A stretch of DNA of 64,000 nt from Hydrolagus affinis (Eukaryota). The stretch is from NCBI GenBank assembly GCA_012026655.1, contig JAAILG010000813.1, positions 1 through 64,000 of the forward strand, read 5' to 3'. A program made the position numbers and the translations under genes. Below the pieces are notes generated by a model. That model made no database searches, was not told the origin of the DNA, and saw only the letters and a program-made list of their open reading frames with translations. Every line of letters starts with the position of its first letter. The first letter of the stretch is position 1. Positions 38,480 to 48,346 of the stretch are shown here, piece after piece.

Positions 38480-39140
38480 CAAAAACAGAAATCGCTGGGA
38501 ACACTCAGCAGGTCAGGCAGCATCTATGGAGAAAGGAAAGTGAGTCAACGTTTCACGGCCATGATCCTTCGTCAGAACTGGGGCATGTTGGGAGGGAGAA
38601 GCTTTTAAGGACTAACGGAGAGGGGAGAGGCAGGGCACGGAAGACAAAGGAGAAAACAGCTTAGAGGACAGGAGATGCTGGGTTAAAGAGGTGTTAATGT
38701 TGTAAAACAAAAGGGGGGGGCGTTGCAACAAAACTGGAGAGAGGAGTTGTTAATAACGTAAAACAGTGAGGGGGTGAAATTGCAAAAGAACAGGAAGACC
38801 AGAAGGACACAGAAAAGAGGGAGTGTGAAGATGAGCTGTTATGGCTTGACGTTATTGAAATAAATATTGAAGCCAGAGGGTTGTAAGGTCCCTAGCAGGT
38901 AGATAAGGTGCTAATCCTCGAGCTTGTGCTACGGTTCATTAGAACAGCATAGGAGACCATGGATGTAGAGGTCAGACTGCGAATGGGAAGGAGAGTTAAA
39001 ATGGCAAGAAACTGGTAGATCAGGGCTGTACTTGCGAACAGAAGTGTTCAGCAAATCGATCACCCAATCTGTGTTTGGTCTCCCCAATGTAGAAGAGACC
39101 ACAACATGAGCAGCGAATGCAGCACACAGGTGAAAACAAC
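38480..39140 (-). mobile_element. Penelope-like element 3' part (decayed GIY-YIG endonuclease end plus terminal repeat with hammerhead-like core)
   Basis: Minus strand SVRKYSPDLPVSCHFNSPSHSQSDLYIHGLLCCSNEP*HKLED*HLIYLLGTLQPSGFNI resembles vertebrate PLE GIY-YIG C-termini; terminal CTGACGA..GAAAC motif. Confidence 0.85.
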
Positions 39141-39535
39141 AATTCACTGACCAGTATAGTACATCCAGTCATGGAATGCCTTCATCGTACTAACTGGAGA
39201 AATATTTGGTTAAAAATGTTGAAATAGCCCCAGTATTACACTAAAGTCTAAGGCAACTAGTTACCTTGTAACTTGTAACATTCAATACTGGGCAGGTTCA
39301 TCATTTGAATGCCTGAGATCTAAACTATCCCCTATTGTCATGGTTGCAGCCTCCTCTGCTTCTATCTTTCCTGAGAGCACACAGCATTATTAAAATTGAT
39401 GAGAGTACCAGGGAATTTTGTTTGCTTTAAAATTAATCATTAGAACCGTCACTTGGAAATCAATTCTTCAAGATTGCACTTAACGTACTGCAGCCTTGGA
39501 GAGTTAATGCTTCATATACTCCAATTTCAGAGAGC

Positions 39536-39742
39536 ATAACAACAGCAAAATTGCACTTGTATAGCTCCTTTCACGTCAGGAGTACGTCGTAAAGCACTGG
39601 ACAGACGGGGAAGGTGGAGAGAAAAGGGAGGATTTGGGGTGACCGATGGGGCCGTCATAGAGGAGGGTCTTGAGGCGGGACATGAAGGAGGCCAGGGAGG
39701 GGGCAAGGCGGAGGGACAGCGGGATGGAATTCCAGAGGTTGA
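39536..39742 (-). mobile_element. L2 3' end
   Basis: aacaacagcaaaattgcacttgtatagctcctttcacgtcagg...ggaattccagag. Confidence 0.8.
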
Positions 39743-39904
39743 ATTCATATAGTGGTCAAATTTCTCCTTTCTCTCACCCAAAAAAAGAAAAATCACACCA
39801 AAATAATTAATGACATTGCTAAATACTCTTTGCTCCAGTTCTGAAATTCATCACAATATTCATAATAATTACAAACCTCTCCAGTCTTATTCCTGAATAC
39901 AGTA

Positions 39905-40114
39905 CAGTAAAAGCCTGTTTATCCGGCACCCTCGGGACCTGGCCAATGCTGGTTAAAGCGCGTGCCAGATATTCAGCAAAAAATGCAGCAAAAAAATTTT
40001 TTAGTGCAGTTTTCCAGATAAATTCTGGTTAATCAAATTCAGACCTTTATTTTTGCGATGCCGGTTATACGGACGTTATGGTTGATCGGGTGCCGGATAA
40101 ACAGGCTTTTACTG
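39905..40114 (+). mobile_element. Tc1/mariner-pogo (Tigger-like) MITE
   Basis: Perfect 27-bp TIRs CAGTAAAAGCCTGTTTATCCGGCACCC; TA target duplication at both ends; 210 bp. Confidence 0.93.
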
Positions 40115-40514
40115 TATTAAGTTTAAGTTTACCATTTCAACCGTGGAAAAGATTGACATTAAGCATCTGTCTTGTATTTCACATTTGCTCCCAAATCCTT
40201 TCCCATCTCGTGTTTCAAATTGTAATTAATTGTGTTTACTTGAATGAAAACTAAACTAGCAATAAAAGAGAAATTCAGATAGAATTCCTCTCCATATTGC
40301 TCCTGTTGCTGCTTTAAAGTAACAACACTATGTATTTATATTTACAGAAAGAAGTAGCTAACTCGGTCAAAGCTTCTCTCTGCCATCTTAACCCACCTTA
40401 AGGGTCTAAAATAAAGAGATTACTTTAAGTGCTGAATATAACTGTGGAGATCATAAATCATTGGTGCAAAAAGGATATTGCAGTGATTGAGATAATACAG
40501 AAAAAAGTTGGAAA

Positions 40515-40799
40515 AAAGGTGGAGAGCGATATTATTTCACTTTTTAAGATTCTAGAGGGAGTGAATAATATAAACCATGATAAGCTATTTTTATCTTGCC
40601 CCGAAGAGTAGAACCTGAGGACATGGCCTGTGATTGAAAGAGGTTAAATTCAAAACAAATCTGAGGAAAGACTATTTCAGTGAGCGAGTAGTAAATGCAT
40701 GGAAGAGGCTCCCGAGGGCGTCACAGAAGCAGAAACAGTTATATCTTTCAAAAGTAAATTAGATAGATTTCTCTTAGGAAATAATATCTTGAGATACAG
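40515..40799 (+). mobile_element. CR1 ORF2 3' fragment, abutting the Tigger-like insertion
   Basis: DIISLFKILEGVNNINHDKLF and EAETVISFKSKLDRFL motifs. Confidence 0.75.
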
Positions 40800-40801
40800 T
40801 A

Positions 40802-41291
40802 CAGTAAAAACCCATTTATCCAGCACCCACGGGATCTGGCCAATGCCGGTTAAACGGCATGCCGGATATTTGGTCGGATCCGACGCCGAAAACCCAACAC
40901 AAAAAAAAAACTTATTTTAACACATACCATATTAATAATAGATTAAATAATAACAGACCTTTGTTATTCACCTAAAAATTCACCTAAAAATCACCTTTGC
41001 TGGTAGATGCCTGGTTTGAAGCCATGATGCTGGGGTAGAGGTGTACAGTCTATCGATAACTTCTGCAATGGATGGCACGCGAGGGAAAAAAACGGCAGCG
41101 CGACTTTAAGGCTTTACTAGCAGTAAGCCGAAATAGCTGTACAGTACTCTCATGTGACAATTGATTCATTAAATGCACCATCGCGATTGTGCTGGATAAC
41201 ATCCGGTTAATCGAATGGGGACTTTTTTTTTGACGTACCAGTTATACGGAAGTTCTGGTTGATCGAGTCACGGATAAAGGTGCTTTTACTA
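40802..41291 (+). mobile_element. Longer, more diverged member of the same Tigger-like MITE family
   Basis: Left CAGTAAAAACCCATTTATCCAGCACCC, right cacggataaaggtgcttttacta; subterminal blocks shared with 39905-40114, plus ~280 bp of extra internal sequence. Confidence 0.85.
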
Positions 41292-41617
41292 TTATGTTCC
41301 ACCAAACAGTATTCACGATGGCTGTATGCAGTGAAGTGAAATCAGACAAGAATTGCAGAATGAATCACCATACTGCTGTAGGCCAATTATAACTTAATTT
41401 CACTGAAATCTGTAAGAACTCATTACATGGCATTAGAATTCTTATTCCCATCCATTTGCATCTGTGTATATCTAAAATTGACACCGACAATGGCAATTAC
41501 AAATTATGAGAGAAGAAAAGGTCATTCAACTGACTTCTTCCAACAGACCATGTCCAATATTATCATGGTGCACTTTCATTAACCCATCATACATGAATAA
41601 CGTCAGCCTGGAGTATT

Positions 41618-41858
41618 TAAGAACATAAGAATAAGGAGCAGGACTAGGCCATCCAGCCCCTCGAGCCTGCCCCACCATTCAATAAAATCATGGCTGATCT
41701 TCTAATGTAACTCCACCTGCCCACCTTATCCCCATATCCCTTAATCCCTTTATCCATAAGAAATTATCAATCTCAGTCTTGAATATGTTCAAGGATTGAG
41801 CATCTGCAGCCTTTTGGGATAGAGAATGCCATAAATTCACTACCCCCGGAGTGAAGAC
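41618..41858 (-). mobile_element. CR1 3' end
   Basis: taagaacataagaataaggagcaggactaggccatccagcccctcgagcctgc...cataaattcactacc. Confidence 0.9.
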
Positions 41859-43290
41859 TACAGAATTTCTACAGAACTAAAGCAAGAGCTCTTCTAGCTG
41901 CATCTAAGCTTGGCATTTTTTTGGTTAAAAAAAAGGGAAACCCTTCCAAGTCACTTGCCCTTAGCCTCAAATTATTGTTTATGAATTTAATTTACCATCA
42001 ATCTGCTAGGAGTTAACACTGCTATATTCTCACATGTTTGGCTTAGGTCACTGATATCTTGTGGAAGGATTTTCCCCAGTGGCAATAATGATTCATAATG
42101 TTCAGTTTTCCAAGGTGGAATAAGTTCTGACCATCAGGCTGCAAAATGCGGTTCCAACCTGTGACATTTTAGAACAGTCACGAGGATGCACTCTGGATCC
42201 CATCTGCGCAGTGAGTAAAAGACTGGAGCTGAAATGGTCAAACAGAGAGATAAGCGATGACAGCTACAGCTATCAGCAACTGATTGCTCAGTCCATGAAA
42301 CTAGATACATTGATTCTACAAACAAACGGGAGTGTTAAAAGCTGCTAGAAGACAATCTAAATACAGTTGAATTAATATACATAAAACCCTCTATGTACTT
42401 TATTAAATTGAACGATGTCAGGAAACACAGCAATCCCAATCTAAATATTATTGCTGATGTCTGGGATAACGGCAGAACAAGTCCATCTGGCTGCTCCAAT
42501 CAGTCTGTTCTATCTTTCAACTTATATGTGCAGGGGTGTTTCCAGAACAATCTATTGAGCACTCTTTGGATTAATACATTAACCGCTTACCATGAAAACC
42601 TCTTAACTTGCCTGCACATCTCTATGATTAACCAGCTGTTATGTACTACAAAGAAATTACATTCATATCGAAGCGATCGCAAATAATCAACTCTTAGGTT
42701 TTTTTTAAGTTCCAATGTAAAAGTTGCTTCAATAACAGTTTTGGGGAAAGAGAAAGTAACAAGATAAAGAGAAGTACAATTCAATTTCAGTCATTCCTCA
42801 ATTTTAAGCAGAACATTGTATCGGAAAATAGTTTAAGATTGTTTCAATGCCTGAGAGGGAAACAATTTGACTAATTCTTGCTTGCTACTAAGAGAAGGCA
42901 TGTTCACTCATTTATTTCCAAACAGAGGCAACTGAAAGAGGACACTGAAAAAAGAAGCGAACCCATTTATTTTTTTCCTATTCAATCTCAACTTTGGAAT
43001 AGCTGCAGAAATAGCTGCTCTGCAGGGATGCACATTTGGTTCGTTGTAAAGTGAATCAGATGAAGACTTACAATTTGAATTGTTTTTTGGGACAAGGTTA
43101 ACACTTCAGATCCAATGTGCAATGAATGGCTCATAACACAAACACATATTCTTTTGAATGCATTTTAGATTCAAAACTTGGTGTTGGTTAGAATATTACA
43201 CTCAGAGTGTATTTGGGCCAAAACACTTCTCTTCACCCTCTCTATATGATTTACCTTAGATGATAAATTCAAAACACTAATCTGGATGTA

Positions 43291-44670
43291 ATGGGAATGA
43301 GGTGATTATAATGATAATAATAATCCTTGCATTTGATAGAGTGCTTTTCACGTCTTCTTGACGTATGATTCTTATAATACATCAAAGATTTATTAAAAGA
43401 CAAGGCATTTTTGGTTCAAATTAAGCTTCTTCTCTACACCTTCATTTAAAATAAGAAATTGACAGCTGCGATGTACAATTTCATCTGGTTACCTTTCCTG
43501 CAAGAACTTCATGCAAAAGCTATATTTGGATACACAAATGACACTTTGGGTGTGCAGGAACCCAAAGTAAGTGACTATCCTATTTTAATTTTTTTTGCAC
43601 TAAACAGAAGTTAGAAAGCCTTTCACAGCTACAGTAATGATCTCTAAGTTAGGTAACTCTTGAGTTACATCTACCTATAAATGGAAGATAATGTATGCTT
43701 GTTTATTTCTAGAATTTTCTTATAGGCTATCTTATTATAGTTTACTCTGCAGGAGACATCTTTGCAGGGATCCCACTATACCAATAAAGAGCAGCTGCCA
43801 AACCCTGCTTCAATAACGCGATAACTTTGTGTGAGGAGTGTTTGATGGGAGATACAGGGATAATCCCATCTCCAGTTTTCCTTCTGTGTCAGGAAGCACC
43901 TGACCCTTCGCTGCAGCACACTGGAGATCAGAAAAGATCACATGCAAAATTATAGAACATACCTCCATCCATCATTACCTAGCCCAGAGCTCAGCACCAA
44001 TTAGTTGCCACATTCGAAAACTAGTTGAAACTACTTTTTTTTTTAAAAAGGGAATTTCCACCAGTTAATTTTAATGAGCACTTCTGAAACACAACATACA
44101 TGTTATGGAGGTCACACATCTGCTGAATTATCTAAAGCCTTCGATTTCAGAATGATAGATTCTTCCTTCTCTCCCACATTGTCTGATTGCCTGCAAAAAT
44201 TAAAATTTAATGTCTAAAGTCAATTACTATAGTAAGAATGCTGCACCCAAACAGGCTGCTTTTGATTACCATGGTGCTGCTAACATGCAGTCTCGGGGCA
44301 CTAAAGTGGAACCAAGTGAATGTAGACATATATAGTTAACGCATATCTCTGTTTTAATACTTAATTAAGAGGCTGATCATAGATAATGAGGTACAGTGAG
44401 CACAAGTTCACTACCATGGTCAGTTAACAGAAAGAGCCCACTATGATTTGAACTGTATTTGTTTCAACATTAGCAAACTACACAAATGGTATGTAGTTAC
44501 ATCAGTTTCAGCCAAAGTCAATTTAAAGCTTAACTTTCCTCAGTGTTGCATGCTGATCCCTGGCCAGAGTACCAGAAAGCCTTTTTTGCATCATCCCATC
44601 TACTTTCAATCCATCCAGCTTGTTGGGAAATCTACACATACAGCTATGGGAATGAGGTGATTATAATGAT
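43291..44670. repeat. Exact 25-bp direct repeat (43291-43315 and 44646-44670)
   Basis: ATGGGAATGAGGTGATTATAATGAT occurs twice, 1355 bp apart, with unrelated flanks. Confidence 0.92.
43316..43364 (-). mobile_element. Deu-SINE extreme 3' tail (49 bp)
   Basis: aataataatccttgcatttgatagagtgcttttcacgtcttcttgacgt. Confidence 0.85.
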
Positions 44671-46169
44671 CTTTCATTCTTAGTGGTGAACAAGTTGAAT
44701 TCCTTTTAGCTATTTAGTTCTATTCCTAAACAATACAGTATGATGTCAGGTTTGGTTGTGGGAGGGGTGCGTAGAGTAATAATGCTCAAGTCTAATCTAG
44801 TCCTCATATACACATGTACAGTACTATCCAGCTATGTACAGTTTTTAGCACTAAGCATCTGAAGCCTGACTGATTATTTTGCCCTTCCCTATCTCAGGAG
44901 CTGCTGAGACTAAATACTGTGCCCCAATTAATGCCTTGATGGAAATCAACACAGTACGGAATGGTGTTCAAGATTGCAATTTATTATTATTGTATAATGG
45001 TTTAGTGCTACACAGCCAGTTTACCCACATTACTGTAGGAGTTCTCATTCTGCTATTTGTACAGCAGAAGTATCATATTGTTTCATATAATTTTTCCAAA
45101 TTCTCAGTTTCCCCATATTCAGCTTCTGTATTTTCTCTCATGTGCCTTCAAAAGATTTCAGTGGAAACTTGATAAATCAATGAGGAAGAAGGGAACAAAA
45201 AGGGTTAAATGGGGTGGGTAGCTCATGTGGGCTATAAACACCAGCATAGTGCAGTTGGCCCAAATCACCCGTTTCCGTGTGTAACGTTCTATGAATTTCT
45301 ATGCAGCAGAATTTGCCAAAGTCTCAATAGTAATACAAAGATTAATTGCACCTGACTCTCTGCTTTTTGTATTAAAACTCCAAAAGATCCTGAAGTGTTT
45401 TCCCTTAAATTTCTGCACTAACTGGATTCTTAGAGCTGAATAACAAGCCATAGCAGCTTTGCAGGGATTAGCTGCATAGAAAATGATTTCAGTCAATACT
45501 GCAATCTACTGCTGTTCAACATTGCTAATTTTTTTGACCCTGCAATGACAATGCAGCATTAGTTAATGTGTCAAACATATCCGTAGTAAAAGCTTCCGAG
45601 CTGAAGACTGGGTCCAGCCAGTGAGAAATTGTTTTCACTTCTGCCTCTGTTAGATTTAAAGAAAAATAGAAAGTTAAATAATCATTGGGGTTCCCATCAC
45701 ACTCAACATCACGCAAGTCAGAAAGCAGCATCCAGAGAGACCTAGGAGCAGACAGACAGCTATATTTTCTGTGTGGGAATAATGGCTGCTGAAGTAAAAA
45801 TACTATTTTTTTTAACAAAGGTTTCTTTAGGCAAAACGATTATCTGTTATGAATCTACTGAAAGCAATTTCATGAGAAATGGTTAAAGTTCAGCAGATGC
45901 CACAAGACTTCAGCAAATTCTCTGCTCGTCAAATGTACACATTGAAAAGGTCCATGTTATATAGCAAATGCCAGTTGATCAGGAAAAGGTCAAGACGCTG
46001 TACATTAAAATAAGATCCGTATTTCAGTTTCTTTGGATGACACTTCCCAGTTCCTTCATATTTTGAATGCTCACCAAATGGCAATTGAGGAGCCACTAAG
46101 TTAAACAACGGCAATCCTCTCTTTAGGGACTGCACACAGCACTGGGAAACAGGAGGCTTACTAATTTTT

Positions 46170-46295
46170 TAAAAATGCAAAATACTGCAGATGCTGGAAA
46201 TCTGAACCAAAAACAGAAATCGCCGGCAACACTCAACAGGTCAGACAGCATCTATGGAGAGAGGAAAAGCAAGTCAATGTTTCTGGACCCGAATG
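46170..46295 (-). mobile_element. Penelope-like terminal fragment
   Basis: aaaatactgcagatgctggaaatctgaacc...caggtcagacagcatctatggagagagg, homologous to 38480-38560. Confidence 0.8.
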
Positions 46296-47644
46296 TTGCC
46301 GACAATTTCTGTTTGGGTTTTTGGCTTACTCAGTGTCTTATGTACATTTTACTGCACACACAGTTTGCCTAATTAATTTGTACTATTTACATGAGCATGG
46401 GCTCTGTACAATGTCTATACATTTTGTATATTGCATCTCATTAGTAAATATTGTAGCATCCATCCAGTACCCTATAAATTCAAATGCTGATTGCATATTT
46501 GGAATACAATTGGACAAGCCAAGGTACAATGACAGCAAGTTAGGGGCTTAAGGCTTTGAGAAATATTTTATTTTCACAGGAAAGATTATTTTTTAAACAG
46601 AAAATCAAAATTCTAAGTGATTGAGTGTGAAGTGCTTGTGAGAGAACCCCCATCACACTAGAAGTTCTGAGTGACTGGAAATCTAATGCTGCTGAAATTG
46701 GTCATAAATCTCAACTCCGCAGATTGCTTCTAATAAATTAAAGCAGCACTTTTTCCTGGTTGATTCTTATTAAACCTATTCCGTGGTACCCTTTTAAGCA
46801 TTTTATCAGAAAGAAACTTCAAATCGCATTTGCCTCAGTTATCTGGTGAAAGAACATCATAATCCAATTATACTCTTCTCTTCCTCTGCTGTTCCACTGA
46901 TTCATATCAGGCTGTGGGTCCTATAACCATTGCAAAAACAAGTGTAAATCCAGAGTCTCCCCTCTGCATGGCAATCCTTAATCCTTTCTCAGTCATGCAG
47001 CTCAGCTAGTTCTGAGCAAAGGATAACCATTCAGAGAGCCCCAGTGAACTCAATTATGAATATGTATTTAAACAAGACAGAAAATTAATGAGATTGTTTT
47101 ATTTCCTCAATGTCTTAATGTACATTTCTGCAAATTGATTTGTGCAACAGGACAGTGGAATTTTTAAAAATGTGACAACTGATGTGTTCAATTATCGCTG
47201 CTGAAAATTATCACCAGTAAGCATAATCACACCATCGCAAATTCCAACGTATTGAGTGTGGGTCCCTTTTTCTCTCTATTCCCCAATTCCACTGTAATGG
47301 TTGGGACCAAAACCACCCTATAACTACCATTAGATTTGCCAATAAGCCAGGCAGTGCAGTACTGCAAGAACAAAGTGTACCAGAGAATAGTGGGGCACGC
47401 ATGAGGAGAACAGATGGCTCATGTGAAGTACAAACGCTAGTATAGATTAGTTGGGCTGAATGACCTTATATGTAGCTCTGTTCTATATTCCTCTTTGTAA
47501 CCGTAATGATGATGATAATACTAGATGCCATATCATGTGCAAGTCTTTTTTTTTACTATGATCTCTCTTTAAGTGAAATACAGTAAAACGTACACAAGCC
47601 TTATCTTTATAAATCGTACGAACACCCAAGTCGTTCTGAAACAT

Positions 47645-47716
47645 TGACTGTCCAGCGCCTTGGGACATCCTCCCCACGTGAAAGGCACTATATTCATGGA
47701 ATTTTGTTGTTGTTAT
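47645..47716 (+). mobile_element. L2 3' tail
   Basis: actgtccagcgccttgggacatcctccccacgtgaaaggcactatattcatggaattttgttgttgtt. Confidence 0.8.
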
Positions 47717-47792
47717 TGTTCATTCACCCGAGTACCATTCAGTTTCCTATCAAAGCCTCTTAAGATCTCTTTACGCTACTCGTATTACTCAT

Positions 47793-48141
47793 GGAGTCCT
47801 GAAGCTCAGTGATTAAAGCATTCGCCTCACAAACGAGAGACTGGGTTTGATTCCTGGGCAGGGCAAAATGTCGGACTAGTTTTCTTACTCCACACACCTG
47901 TTTACCCAGAAGTAGGAACACAGTTGTTAGTTGATTGGCAGATCACTTTTTCATTTGAAAAAATTAATAATAATAATAAATTGGTCAATTCAATCTACGA
48001 CTGTTTGTTGCTCACTACTGTGTGAAATTGGCTGCCACAAAATATACAGTCTATTCACTTTACAGTATACCCTCTGAAGCACTTTGAGACGTCTCAAATA
48101 CATGATAAGGCGTTATAACAAACGCAAGGATTATTATTATT
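47793..48141 (+). mobile_element. Full-length tRNA-derived Deu-domain SINE
   Basis: ggagtcctgaagctcagtgattaaagc head through gcaaggattattattatt; tattactca/tattcctca TSD-like flanks. Confidence 0.92.
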
Positions 48142-48223
48142 CCTCACCTCCTAATTTGTAAAGCCACTCTCCTACCCTCAATAACTCTTCCACTTATTCA
48201 AGGTCTGTCACTAACCTGTCGAT

Positions 48224-48346
48224 GCATGCACACTTATCAGCCGGTTGCATTGAATCACAGGAGTCTTCATCCATCAATGCATGCTCAGAAGAACTTGATT
48301 TCCATGGTTCAATGCGATTCCGGTGTTTGCTGGTAAGTGCGTGTGC
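48224..48346. repeat. Degenerate CpG-retaining inverted repeat (old MITE-like)
   Basis: gcatgcacacttatcagc..cggttgcattgaatca pairs imperfectly with tggttcaatgcgattccg..gctggtaagtgcgtgtgc. Confidence 0.55.

Noticed and set aside
44262-44276. Another ATG-ending exon candidate (GCACCATG|GTAATC)
   Set aside because: The donor is weaker than at 42590 and it lies inside the putative insertion.
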